This document shows, one piece after another, positions 39,201-54,200 of a stretch of 64,000 nt of DNA. Position 1 is the stretch's first letter. Every line of letters begins with the position of its first letter. This DNA comes from Eledone cirrhosa (Eukaryota). The translations under genes were made by a program, and so were the position numbers. Location: NCBI GenBank assembly GCA_964016885.1, contig OZ024740.1, forward strand, positions 259,718,001 through 259,782,000, written 5' to 3'. The notes under the pieces were generated by a model. It was not told the DNA's origin. It did no database searches and saw nothing but the letters and a program-made list of their open reading frames with translations.

Positions 39201-42200
39201 TGGAAAATAGACATAAAATGATGATGATGATGAAGATATATATTGGACATTGTTATATAGAATATCGACGTCAACTTTACCTATAAGGTCAATAAAAAAA
39301 AATGTACCAATCTAGTACTAGGGTTGATTCTTCCTCTATATCTCTTTCACACTTCCATTCTCTCACTCTCTATCCCCTGAAAGAAAATACTGTATTTAGA
39401 TCTGGAGAGGAGATGGGCACTGCCAGGTTTAAAATGCTCTACAAATGCTATATGTCAACATGGCACCCCTATGACTCCTTCAGGAGCTACGGGACCATAC
39501 ATACATATAGAATATAGCATCATTTTACATTTACTTTCTGTGCTGAATGGTTCATATCAGTTCTTATTTAGAGCTACTGCTCACTCAGAGTAAAATGCAC
39601 CCCTATTAAGTAGTTGGGATTAAGAAGGACATCTAGTTGTAGAAACCATGTGAGAAATTGGGATCTATGAGCAAGGTGTGGTCCCCTAGTCTATCTAGGA
39701 GGGCGGTAACTTAAAATAAGAACTGACTAGGTCCATAACAACACATCTAATCCATGCCAGCATAGAAAAGGGATGTAAAATGATGGTGGTGATGATGATG
39801 ATGATGATGGTGATGATGATGGTGGAGATGATGGTAATGATGATGATAATTGGTTGGTTGGTTGGTTGTTTTAGAGAGATCTTTGATAAGTTGTTCTCTC
39901 CTACGTCTGTGTACTGAGTAAATCTAGAAAATAAATTTATTTACTTGAAGTCCTTTAATATTTTTTTTTACATTTTCCTCATTCTAACACACTGTCTTAT
40001 CTAAATAATAAACGATACTTGGACAGTTTGCTCTCTTTGCCCTGGTGGGCAGCAGAGCCTGGGCTGGTAGCCGAACACACCAGGTTGTCACTAGAGAAGG
40101 TTGTGAGTCAGACACTTTAACCTCAGATCTATGTACCTTTACATGTACTGAATGTATCTCACACATAATTGATTGAACCATTGGTGACTTCATGGAATAT
40201 TAATATAAAACAAATAGTATAGATTACAAAGTCAGATGATATTGGTGGTTTTTTTTTTAGTTCAAACGAAATATTTCTGGTTGACTGATGAAGCTAAAGA
40301 GAGCTGAAACAATTAGGTCAAGTTTCAAACAGCTAATCAAAACTACCTTTTGCCTTTATAGCATTTAATGGCACTTTATGAAGGAACTACACAACTTGTT
40401 TCTCATTCAGTAGCACAAAACAAAGAGATCAACATCTTAGCATGACAGAGTTCAATGAAGCGATGATGATATTGATGGTAGATGGTATCGGTGGCAAGTT
40501 TATATTTGAAGTGTTTACAGACTGAATGTTTCTAGTTAGTTCTTACTACCTCCCTCAACCTACCCCCTCTCTCTTTTTTAAACAGTTTCATTGATTTTGT
40601 ATGAATTATTGATCACTTGTTGAGCTATAGACTCCATACAAACATGATAAAAAGATATATTGTACAAGTGTTTATCATGATCAAACAATCAAAACTAAAA
40701 TTTGGCTCTATTTTAAAAACGGAAAGATATATCTTCAAAGTTTGTGAACATTTCTTCTTGCTTTCCTTTCTGACGCTTCTAACTTTTTGGAGTTTGTTTT
40801 ATTTTCCATTTAAAAAAAAAATAATTCAGGGTAAACAGAATTGATTGTTGAACTGAAGTATGCAGTTTTCACTTAGGAATATAGTTCGTTATTACTGTTA
40901 TTATTATTATTATTCTGAGTTCAAATCCTGCTGAAGTTAGCTTTGCTTTTCATCCTTACGGGGTTGATAAAATAAAGTACCAGTCACGCACTGGGGTCAA
41001 TTAAATCGACTTTCCCCTCCCCGAAAATTGCTGGCCTTGTGCCTATATAAGAAACCATTATTAATATTATTTAAAGCTTCCTTGAATTCTGCTTCTTCCC
41101 AAAATTATGCTGAGTGTCAACTTGATACATGAGGCAAAAATTTGATAATACACACATTTTACAATCAATTGTCACACAAATGATGCCACAAGGGCATAAA
41201 CAACAGTAAATGTCTTTGCAAGGTTTTTAAATTGATAATACCTTCTCACGACATGTACAGTACCAGTCAGCACTATTTTCTGTATCTCTTGCAGAGATGG
41301 CTTTCCAAGTATCTAGTCCAAATATTTTTCAGTTCTCTTTTTATCATTTTTAGTGTACCAACCACACTGGTATTGTACAGGATTTAAGAGGCCACATTTT
41401 CTCAATTTCAATTATCAGATTTTTATATTTACTGAGCTTTTCAAACACTTTTGAGGAGATGATAATGTTATTATTATTATTATTGAAACAGTCAGCAAGG
41501 TTAGAATTAACAACGAATATAGTGAAGAGTTTAGTGTAAAAGTTGGTGTTCATCAGGGCTCTGTTCTTAGCCCCCTACTATTTATTATTGCCCTCCAGGC
41601 TATAACAGTGGAGTTCAAGACCGGCTGCCCATGGGAACTCCTATACGCAGATGATCTAACGCTCATAGCTGAATCAATGGCCGAGCTAGAGAAGAGATTC
41701 CAAACTTGGAAGCACGGGCTAGAATCAAAAGGCCTTAAAATTAACCTGGCTAAGACTAAAGTTCTAGTTTGTAAGAAAGAAAATAAGGCGGCGGTCCCCT
41801 CCGGGAAGTGGCCATGCGCAGAGTGTAGGAAAGGCGTAGGTAGAAATTCCATTTTGTGTCCCAAATGCAAAGTTTGGGTTCATAAAAGATGTAGTGGGAT
41901 CACAGGTAAGCTAACTAAGAACATAGATTTTACATGTGGCCGGTGTTCTGGGGCAATAAGTAGCAGCAAGTGCCCACAAAATACTAGCTCTTTCAACTGC
42001 GCAGAGGGTTCTATAGAAATAGTGGACAGCTGGGTGACAAAATCAGCAGTGGGGGAGGGTGCTCTGAAAGTACAGTAGCTAGAGTCAGAACTGGGTGGAA
42101 AAAGTTCAGAGAGCTTATACCACTATTAGCCGCTAAAGGGTTCTCCCTAAAAATGAAAGGCAGGTTGTACGATGCCTGCATATGAACAGCAATGTTGCAT

Positions 42201-45200
42201 GGCAGTGAGACCTGGGCATTGTGTGCAGAGGATATACGCAGACTAGAGAGAAACGAAGCTTGCATGCTCCGCTGGATGTGTAATAGTAATATACGTGAAC
42301 GACAAAGCATAAACGAACTAAGTAAAAAATTAGAAATAAGAGGGATCAGATGTTGTTTACTAGAGAGAAGGCTACGTTGGTATGGTCACGTGATGCGCAT
42401 GAAGGACGATAGCTGTATAACAAAGTGCAGGGCAATAAAGATAGACGGTAGCCACGGAATAGGCAGACCCAGAAAAACCTGGGACGAGCTGATAAACTCC
42501 GACCTCACACAGTTACACCTCACCAAGACAATGTCACTGGACCGAGACCTTTGGCGGTACTCAGTAATAGAGAAGACCCGCCTTACCTAAATACAAAGTA
42601 AAACCTACTACAGCCAGTAGGCATCTCTAACAAAATACACCCCGTCCCACCACCACCACCCCATCCACACCGCCCCCTCTATGTAAAGTTATGTTGGTGC
42701 CACACCATCCAGGCCGAAACAAATGAGATCGTGTAGGTGTCACGACAAAAAAACACACAGTCCACGCTGTAATGTGGCCGTGTAGGCAACACGGTAAAAA
42801 CCTCCCAGCCCCACACTGTAAATGTGGTTGGTGTTAGGAAGGGCATCCAGCTGTAGAAAACCTGCCAGACAGTCCTATGCGAGCAAGAAAATCACTCTTG
42901 CCTCAAGTGGGACTACCCCCGTCCAAACCCATGCAAGCGTGGAACACGGACGTTAAACGATGATGATGATGATGATGATTATTTCTTCTGTGGTTTCATG
43001 TGAGTTTCTACAGTATTAGCTGTGGGAGTTGGGAGGGTATAGACTTCACAGTCCTGATATTATGGACATATGGTTAGAATGCTGGATAGATTTTATAGGC
43101 ATAATAACCAACCGACAGGAGACCCAAGGGGAGACCCCCAAGCAAGATGGTTGGATAATATCCATGAGCTTGGCTGGTCTCGCTTAGGGATTCAGCAGGT
43201 TCAATTGGATATGGTTGCAGCTGACAGGACCCGCTGGAAGGTGTGCTTGAGAACTCTGCCCCCACAACCCTCCCATGAATAAGTGGGAAAAAAGAAGCTC
43301 ACACCTATGCCAGCTTAGCTAACATCCAACAAGTTCGAATTTCTTAATGATAGTCCTATCACGAAAAGCTATGTGAAATTGTCTTGCTCAAGAACACAGC
43401 ATACCATTTGGTCTAGAAATTGAACTCACAACCTAACCACTAAGCCACATGGTGGTATGTATAATGTGAGTTATGTTATTTTGTTGGTGAATTACTGTTT
43501 TGTATGTACTGAGCTAATAATAAAAATAATGATACTGAGTTGCGACATCACTGGTGCCAAGCAGCATTGGCCTTTACCTTTTCCTTGGACACAACATCAG
43601 TCCCATGGAAAGGAGAGACTGGTATACAAGGGTGACGGCTGGTCTTTACCCTTTATATCTTTGGTATGTTGTATACATTCAACATTATTAACATCATGGG
43701 TGCACTAGTTAGTATTATAATTAGTAATGTTTCTTATATTAACCTAAAAATAGATATAGCAGATAAATGGGATTCGGAAGTAGCATCAGACAGACCCAGG
43801 CCTCAGGGAGAATTAGTTTTTCCATTATAATTTAACTTGAGCTGCTGCTAACCTATAATTACACTCCCAAATACAGACATTACTACTAACATTATAGAAT
43901 AGACTTCTGTCACTATCAACAATATGTCTTCCAATTGTTTGATCAACAGAGCAGACTGCTTATGAAATAAATACATTAGAGGCTGAGTATACCATAGACA
44001 TGTGTACCCTCCATGCAATTCTCAGGCTGGCGGTTTGAATTATAGATACAGTCCACCTTGTATTATAAGGTATGTGGCTAAGTATTCAATTTTATAATGG
44101 CACCAGCACTTGCATTTAACAGAGATTATATTGAGTGCATCTCATGATAGCTCCAACACTAGGGCAATCATTGTGCCTTCAGCAAGACATATACGTATAT
44201 ATGTGTGTGTGTGGTAGTAGTTATGGTAGTAGTGATAGTAGTAGAGATGATAATTATCAACACTATCATTATGAAAGTATCTGAAAGAATATTATTAATA
44301 TTTCATTATTTTCTAACATCTTCCATCTTGTTTTAATCCAACTGATTATTCCTTCACAGCAGCCATTTCCCCACTCTCAGTCTCCAGACACACAGATATA
44401 TAAGCAAACATGCACACACGCACACACACACACACAGACATACAAGTAAACACACACATACAGATATACAAGCAAACATGCATACACACAGTTATACAAG
44501 CAAACATACATACACATTCTGAGGCAAACACAAGCACATATGAAAGTACATACACAAACACACACAAACGCATACACACAGAGAAATACATACACACAGA
44601 AACACATATACAAACACATATAAACACATCCACTGAAATACACAACCCATACAAACACACATACATACACAGAGATACACACAGAAAACCCACATACAAA
44701 CACATACATAAACAGAGAGAAATACATACACAAATAAACACACACACACACACACACACAGAGAAAAACACACTCACATATACATAGAGAAACACACACT
44801 CACATATACATAGAGAAACACGCACTCACATATACATAGAGAAACACACATTCACATATACATAGAGAAACACACACATACATAAACACAAAAACACACA
44901 CACATACACACAAGATGTTTGAATCAAGCAGGCCAGCCATTGTTTATAACAAGGCTGACGTTCTAATTTCCTGGACTTTCATTCAATCTAGAAAATACAA
45001 GAGGATTTATCCGAAAGCTAAATCGTTTTCATCTTATAGTTCTTTATCTCTTTCACAATAGCTTTCTATTAACACCATTGCTGTAAATCATAAATTTTCA
45101 TATTTAACCCTTACAAGCCCAGGTGCTAGAGCCTGTAGCAGTGGAGACTTCCAGTGTTCTTGACACCCTAGCCACATCGCTGCTCTTGATAGGTTTGTGC

Positions 45201-48200
45201 TAGATCCTGTAGCAGTGGAGACTTCCAGTGTTCTTGGCACCTTAGCCACATCCCTGCTCTTGATAGGTTTGTGCTAGATCCTGTAGCAGTGGAGACTTCC
45301 AGTGTTCTTGGCACCTTAGCCACATCCCTGCTCTTGATAGGTTTGTGCTAGATCCTGTAGCAGTGGAGACTTCCAGTGTTCTTGGCACCTTAGCCACATC
45401 CCTGCTCTTGATAGGTTTGTGCTAGAGCCTGTAGCAGTGGAGACTTCCAGTGTTCTTGGCACCTTAGCCACATCCCTGCTCTTGATTGGTTTGTGCTAGA
45501 GCCTGTAGCAGTGGAGACTTCCAGTGTTCTTGGCACCTTAGCCACATCCCTGCTCTTGATTGGTTTGTGCTAGAGCCTGTAGCAGTGGAGACTTCCAGTG
45601 TTCTTGACACCCTAGCCACATCCCTGCTCTTGATAGGTTTGTGCTAGAGCCTGTAGCAGTGGAGACTTCCAGTGTTCTTGGCACCCTAGCCACATCCCTG
45701 CTCTTGATAGGGTTGTGCTAGAGCCTGTAGCAGTGGAGACTTCCAGTGTTCTTGGCACCCTAGCCGCATCCCTGCTCTTGATAGGTTTGTGCTAGATCCT
45801 GTAGCAGTGGAGACTTCCAGTGTTCTTGGCACCTTAGCCACATCCCTGCTCTTGATAGGTTTGTGCTAGAGCCTGTAGCAGTGTAGACTTCCAGTGTTCT
45901 TGGCACCTTAGCCACATCCCTGCTCTTGATAGGTTTGTGCTAGAGCCTGTAGCAGTGGAGACTTCTGGTGTTATTTCAAAATGTTTATATTTATCTAAAA
46001 ACCTTCCATAATAATTTTATGTAAGAACCTTTGTTAAGTTATGTTCCAAACACCAGCTTAACTTCTTTGGTACCAAACCACTTGAAACTGTCCCTTTGTT
46101 TTAAGGTGTTCATATTTATCTAAAACCTTCCATTATAATTTTATGAAAGAACAGTTGTTATGTTCCTTAATGCCAGCTTAATAATGAGAAAATAATATTA
46201 CAAAAAGCCTGTTCATAATTTACAATCTTGAAAACTTCTTTTCTCCCCTAACAATGACTTTATCCTATTTCATGTATTTACTTCATGTAGATATTTCATG
46301 ACTTCGATCAACAATGGTTATTTATTCTATTCCATATCTTCTACGCTTTAAGTTCAACTAATACACTACTCAGTTGAATCACTCACCATGTCACTCTTTC
46401 TCTCTCTCTCCCTTTTTCTCTATTAGCTTCCTGTCTTATAAATCACTAGATTCCACACTCCATTTCAAATCTATTTGATTATAACCACGTATGTAAAAAT
46501 CTCCTATAAACCATTCAAAGCCTAACAACAATGACTTTATACTATTTCTTGTGTCATTTCGTGTAGTTATTTCATGACTGATCGACAATGGCTATTCCAT
46601 GTCTTCTATGTTCTAATTTCATCTAAGACGCTAGTCAGTTGAATCACTCACTTATTTCATCATTTCCCTCCCACCCACCACCTTAGCCTCATAGACCAAT
46701 CATACCACAGTAATACAGATATATCTTCACTCACCATCTGTAGCAATAACTGTTACTATCTTTCCTATTCTTCCTGGAGATTTCTGTTTATTATGGATGA
46801 GCTGAAATGATGGAGCAACCCTAAAAAAAAATATGAATCCACACATTCCCATGCGACCATGTGAACCTTCTTTATTTCATATACAGAAAGCATACACCCA
46901 CCCCAACAAATATCCACCCTCATCTTCCTCCTCCACCACTGACAGCAAATACATGAACTTCTGAATTGGCACCATCAATGTAAGCACAATGAAAAGAAGA
47001 GCAGGAGAAATTGTAGAGATGATGGAGCGGAAGAAAATTGATGTATGTTGTGTGCAAGAGACTAGATGGAGGAGAGAGTCAGCTAGACTCCTTGTAGGCA
47101 AAAAACAGTGCTACAAATTTTTCAATGGGCTGGGGGAGTAGATATTTTATTAGCTGATAAATAGGTAGATAAGGTAATTTCTGTGAACAGAGTGAATGTG
47201 AGAATCATTAAACTCAGACTAGTCCTAAATAAAAAAAATGGCTACAATTATATCTACATACACACCCCAATCTGGATTGTCAGAGAAACTCAAAGATAGG
47301 TTTTGTGATGAATCCCTAATGCATGACAGTAACTTCCTAATCATTGCAGGGAACTTTAATGGACACATTGGACAATACTGTGACAGTTTCTACAAGTTTG
47401 GTGCAAGAAATGAAGGTTTCAGGCTCCTAGAATTCTGCGATGCCAATGACCTATCGTTATGTAGCACAAATTTCAATAAACCCGACAACGACCTGATCCC
47501 CAATGGATCTGGTGAACATGCTAGTCAGATAGATTTTATCCTTACCAGAGGATGATAGAGTGACTGTTGTAAACACAAAATCCTTCCCTCCCAACATAAT
47601 CTAGTAGTTAGTGACTTCATTGTTAAAGCTAGAGGAACTTGTAGACAGAGGGCAACTTGGAGGAGAAGGTTATGGAGCAGAAAGATTATGGAAGCCCACA
47701 GCCAGTCACAAATTTAGAAATATTTTGCTTGATGCCTGCGACAGTAAAAAAGAACAAATAGAGATATTCAATATAGAAAAACATTGGGAATTCCTGAAAA
47801 ATAATCTGCAGAAGGCGACAGACGAAATCTGTGGATGAAGGATGGCTACAGAGAGGAGAGCAACTTGGTGGTGGATCAGTAAGGTAGAGGAGATAAAAGA
47901 CAGGCATGGAAAAAATGGAAGGATGGGGGAAGCAAGGTGCACTACATAGAAGACATGAGGAAAGCTAGGCGACAAGTATACTTTGTAAAGAGGGAAGCAG
48001 AATATAAAAAATTCAAGCAAGTTTTGCAGCATGAAGACAAGAAACGTGAGGTGTTCAGGATTGCGAGGCAGTGTGTTCGGGAAAATTGTTATGTCATTGG
48101 TGAAAAGTGTGCCCATGATCATAAAGGCACACTTGCTCTCACAGACACTAAAAAGAAAGTAGCATGGAAGAGCCATTATGAAAGATTACTTAATGAGGAA

Positions 48201-51200
48201 AATGCATGGAAGAGAGCAGCCAGTCCATCAGGGATAGTTGCTGAGATGCTGAAAGCATCTGGGTTGGTGGGTCACTCCTTAACCACACATATTGTAAACC
48301 AAGTAATATTAAATGGTGTCATACCAAATGATTGGCGCAGCAGCATCATTGTCAACTGCTACAAGGGTAAAGGAGATAGAGGAAACTATAGTGGCATCAA
48401 GTTGATGGACCAGGCCATGAAAGTAACAGAAATAGTTATAGCACAGCTATATATGGTTAATCTAGATGAGATGCAGTTAGGATTTATGCCAGGTAAAAGC
48501 ACCACAGATGCTCTCTTCCTGGTGAAGCAGCTGCTCTACCTTTCATTGATCTGGAGAAAGCTTTTGACAGAGTCTCTCATTCCATTATCTGGTGGGCTCT
48601 TAGAAAACTAACTGTAAATGAGTGGCTTGTGAAGGTTGAACAAGCCATGTATAGGGGAGCAGTTAGCAAAGTTAGGATTAACAACTATAGTGAGGAATTT
48701 AGTGTGCAGGTTGGCGTCCATCAGCACTCTGTTCTTAGCCCTCTCCTGTTTATTATTATTCTGCAGAAGAGTTTAAGACTGGCTGCCCATGCGAACTCCT
48801 ATATGCAGAAGATCTCACACCATAGCTGAATCTATAGCAGAATCAGAGAAAAAAATTAAAACCTGGAAGCATGGCCTAGAAACAAAGAGGCTTAAAGTCA
48901 ACCTGTCAAAGACTAAGGTCCCAATAAGTAGATAGGAAAACAGAGTCCAGATCCCCGCAGGGAAATGGTCTTGCTCAGTGTGTAGGAAAGGTGTAGATAG
49001 AAATTCTACCCACTGTCCCAAATGTAATCTATGGGAAGACAAGAGATATAGTGGGATCTCGGGTAGTTTAGCTAAGAATGTAGGTTTTACATGTGGCCAT
49101 TGTACCGAAGCAGTAAGCAGCAAATGACCACAGGAAACAAATGCTATCAAATTCCGAGATGGTTTGGTAGAAGCAGTAGATGGCTTCTGCTACTTGGGTG
49201 ACCAAATTAGCAGTGGAGGTGGGTGTCCTAAAAGCACAGTAGCCAGAGTGAGACTGGGATGGAAGAAGTTCAGGGAGCTACTACAATTGCTAGCTACAAA
49301 AGGCATTTCTCTCAAAATCAAATGCAGATTGTATGATGAATGTATATGAACAACAATGTTGCATGGTAGCGAGGCCAGGGCACTATGAGCAGAGGACTTG
49401 CGAAGATATTTAAAAATCATAGGTGTCTTTCATTACAAATATGGTAACGAAAGTGTTAAACAGCAAATCCATCAAAACATTTCAAAAACTTTAAGCTGTA
49501 ACTGACAGGAAACAAAAGAATGCAAAACTGGAAATACTGTTACCTTGGCTGCAAATGCTGGCATGTAGCAGATGATACATGCAACTAATACAGATTCTAA
49601 TAAACTGAGAGCTTGTTGGAATATTGGTACAGACTGTAGCTGTTGATCAACTATATTGCTGTTATGGTAGCTGTCGGCCTCCCTGATTAGGTGTGATGAT
49701 GAGCTAGTGTAAGTCCCGAGCTGTGGTATAATGTGGAAGAGGATCTGTTTGGCAAGGGTGAAACATTCAGATGTTTTAAATTGGAGGAGAAAGCTGGGGC
49801 TATTGAGCAACAAAACTTGACAGGTTCTCCAAAGATTTGTTAAGAGTAAGAACCATTTTAGGTGTGTAGAAGAATCAGCTACATGGTCCACCTCTTCTAC
49901 ATTGCTCATTTCAGTATCTTTTATAAAATCCTTTGGAAGTATGTTGATAGAGATGCCATGTAATTTGATATTCTCAGATAAGATCTTCAAGAAAGATCGA
50001 ATGACCATGTTGCTGCTATAAATAAGGTCATCATCACTGGAGAAATCAGACACTGGACTGTATTCATCTAGAAGCCTCTCTGAGACTTTGTTCTCTTTCA
50101 GTACATTTTCCAGTGATACATATTCGTCAGCAATGATCAGAGCTTCAAACACATGCAGGACAAGTTCCTGTAAAGATGGGTCCTCGAGAGTTGTCCACAG
50201 TTTTTCAATGCCATGTCGAGCGAGGAAAGTAGTCATGACTGATTCTGCCTGTAGGAGATATGGGAAGGCAGACAGACAGTTCATGATAACAGATTTGTTG
50301 AGAGGTGGTGCTATGATATGTTTATGTGTTGTGGATTTCCACTTGCAATAATCAGTAAGTATTGGTAAATAAATGGAATGAAATAGTTCTTGTTTGATCT
50401 CAGTTCTGCCATGGACAGCTAAGATCAATAAATGTTTTGATAGTAAAGAAGCAGATATGGTATCCCCAGAATATAAGATATCACACATTTTGGCCAGGGA
50501 ACCCCATCTCTTGAGCAAATATTTTTTCATAGATGACTTGAAATCTTCTGATGATATTTCGCTACTCGACACACCACTATCGTGTGTCTCTGGATTCATT
50601 TTGTAATCTGCTTCTGCTCCACGTTTCAGTTTACCAGAAAAGGCATCAAATGAATCATCTTCACATACTTTACAAATTTCAATTTTACTTGGTTTCTGAG
50701 ATACATGTCTGGCACCAGAGAGCTGTTCCAGCAGCATATTGTTCATGATGTCTAAGGCATAGTTCTTGACAGCTGGAGACAGATTATAGAAAGACGAATG
50801 GAAGCTAGAAAGCATTACCTCTATACCGATACAACAACAGATACCAGCTGTTACAAACAGTGTAAAAACTTGAAGTTGTTGTTGCTTAGATTTGAGAAAT
50901 GGTAAAACATCAAGTAAGAATTGTGACCAATAACCAACAAGACAAATATCTGAAGACACATCCAGTTTCTGCCGGCTGACATTTTTGGTGAAAGCAAAGC
51001 CAAGAATATTATGGTGGTGATCAAAACAATGAGTATAAATACATTTTCTGTGTTTTTTCTTCATGCAGGTGGAGGAATGGATGTAACCAACTTTTGCCTT
51101 CTTCATAGCAATTATAAGACTACTCACTGACTTTAAGAGATTGTCTTTGGGAGAGAATTTTTTAAAAACTTTATGTGGGAAACATTCAGAGTCGAGCCAC

Positions 51201-54200
51201 GAGAGGATCAATTCTAACATGCTAAAACCTCGCTCTTCTCTAAATATCCACATAATTTTTAAAGCTGAGTTAATAAAAACAGGATTCAGAGGAATATTGT
51301 GAAAGACTTCTGTAGCAGAGAGCAGTAATCCAGAGATAATGTCAGAAACCAATACCATCTTTATATGGCATTGATCTGATACTTCCGACCAGACTATGTT
51401 CTCGGGGTAGGTAATGTCTTCTAACAGATCATGTGCTAAATAAAGTAAACTGGGAAATATCCGATTTCGAATCAAAATACTAGAACCATTTTGTTGTGTA
51501 GCAGTTATATTGCTTAACATAAACACCAACTGTAATAGATGCTTTAGGATGTAAGCTAGAATATCCTTGGTCCATACTTGAGGGTTTGGATTTTGGAACA
51601 TATCATGGAAGCGGAATAGGGCATCGAGTAACTCGGGCAGCAAAGAGATTGACACTAATTTTGATGGTACCGTTTGGTTTAAGTCCAGTAAACACACATT
51701 CTGGATGATATCAATCATAAGCAAGCATGTTTCGGCTGGATGAAACACCTCTTGGATTTTATTTGGTTGGATACCTTTTAGATTTTCTTCACTCAGAGTT
51801 TGGTAACGGTTCTGCCAAGACAGAAACTGTGATTCTCCAAATTTATATTTGCGTTTTTTATCTAGCTTCCATTTGGTTGGAGGTTGGTTGTTCTCAGAAA
51901 GTTCTTGAACCTCCGAGTCTGATGTACTGCTGTTCATAACTGGAGGTGGTTTCATCGTTTTGTGTAACTCCCGGCTGCTTTCTAACGACATGTACTCATT
52001 CAGAAGTTGTTTCCGACTTATTGCTAACAGATGTTCCTTCCGGCAACTTGGAAATGCATTTTGACGCTGCTTCTTGGTAGGGACAAAATTCTGCAAAGAT
52101 TTCTTGAGTGTTGATGATAAATTTTCAATACCTATGACAGACAAAAAAAAAAAAAATTAGAAGCTTATATATAATATACAACAGTCAAAGTCATAGGCAT
52201 GGCTGTGTGGTTAAGGAGTTCACTTTGCAACCACATGGTTCCAGGTTCAATCGCCCAGAGTGGCATCACTTTGGGCAAATGTCTTCTATGGTTGTTTTAG
52301 TGACACAATACAAAGCACTGAGTCCACACTATAGATGGTGGTTTTGGTGACATGATACAAAGCATCCAATCAACACAAATGTGGTTGACATTAAGAAGGG
52401 TATCCAAACTAAAATACAGGTTTATATGAGCAAGACATGGGTCACATGACCTGACTTGTCTCATAATGTAACAACTTGTCTAACCTATGCAAACATAGAA
52501 ATTAGATGTTAAACAATGATGATGATGGAACTGGAGCCCCTATTATTAAAATACCCAAGAAACCGCATAGTAGGCCATGTGACCTCATAGTAGGCCAGTT
52601 AAACCTATATAGGCATAAGTTGTAACATTTCATTTCATACAATATTTAAGTCAAGGTATTGTAGAACTGATATATACAGGTTCATTACCTAATACAGATA
52701 TTCAGTTGTGGTCTTTTATAAAACACTAGCAGTGGTACCCGGCATTGCACGGGATAAGGTATTTTGGAACGCGGGCCGCCAACAGACCTAATCATGGAAG
52801 AACTGCATGCCTGGACAATATGTAAAGAAAATAAACCGAATACTCTGATGGTTGGATAAGCTTTAACATTTTCCCGATGAAGCAGGAAAATTGCAGGTTT
52901 TCACCTAATGCGGGCCCTAGAGTATCAAGAAAATGGATTTTTTTATGTGTATAATATGCCTTTAAATTTCAGGAAAATCGGCTAGACGTAACGCCTCCAA
53001 AAAGCCCTAAGAAGCTGAAAAAATGAAGTTTTTCACCTAATGCGGGCCCTAGGCCATAAGAAAGTTGGATTTTCTTTGCTTATGGTATGAAGAAGAGATT
53101 GACTAATACATAGTTACAATTTCAAGGAAATCGGTCTGACGTAACGCCTCAAAAAATCCTTAATGCGGGATAAAAATGGAGATAAAAAAGTTGAATTTTT
53201 TTATGTGCATAACACTCCCTGAAACATTAGTAATACACATGTAAAATTTAAAAAAAATCGGTTGGGTACTTCTCTAGTTTTAGGGATTCAAACTCAGACA
53301 CACACACACACAGATTGACATCCTCAGGGAAGTGACGTAATGCAGACAGCCAGACATACAGACAGATATTATAAGGGCGCGACGTTATATGTATGTATCT
53401 ATCTAAAAAGAGAAAGACTAAGAATTACAGAGCGAGATCGCTAAATCGTCTAATGCAGTCCTTAGGGCATTGAAAATTTGAAATTGTTTTTGCTCAGAAC
53501 ACTCCCTGAAACATAAGTATTACATGTGTAAAGTTTGAAAACAGTCGGTTTGGTGGTTCTCGAGTTTTAGGGATTCAAACTCACACACACACACACACAC
53601 AGACATCCTCAGTTTTATATATATAGATATCACCTTACAATCCAGTAGGGAAATATCTACTCAGGTAAAACATTTCCTTTCGTAAACCTAGACAACCATT
53701 CCAACGTTGATGTAGAGTCCCAAAACAATCTTGATTAAACAAAACTATGATCAAAGGTGTTCCAGCAATGACCAACCTGTCTTTTTTTCATAGTATATCT
53801 AGGACTTTTATCTAATGAATCATTCATTTTTTTAAAGACAGTAGGGAGTGATTTCAGGAGGATTTGGCTACTATTTATAGCAAGTTTAGAGACCATATAA
53901 AGGCTCTCATTTGTTCATGCTTATTGTGTGTGTGTGTGTATGTGTGGTCTAAGTGGTGAAAGTGATGGCAGTAGTAATAGTGGTGACTACCATATTGGTA
54001 ATGTAAAAATAATGGTGTTGGTGGTGGCGATGGTGGTGGTGGTGGTGGTAGTGGCAGTGGTGGCGATATATCAGAAGTCATAACCTTTTCATCCAATCCA
54101 TACAAGACCTTCCACACATACACAGTCTCACAACAAGCTGACACCACACTCATACCTTTCCTCACATACTCCAAATAGCTATACAACTACTCCTCCAACC

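Noticed and set aside
44346-44825. Cys/Val- and His/Thr-rich ORFs (also 57304-57894, 65-364, 11053-11383)
   Set aside because: Translations of microsatellite and low-complexity DNA
45123-45970. CRISPR array or tRNA gene array
   Set aside because: Units are contiguous with no unique spacers and there are no cas genes in this eukaryotic context. The unit is tRNA-sized but lacks a GTTCRA T-loop and a cloverleaf.
49472-52144. Standalone 890-aa single-exon gene
   Set aside because: Both ORF ends are intronic; splice sites at 52132 and 49543 make it a LYST exon
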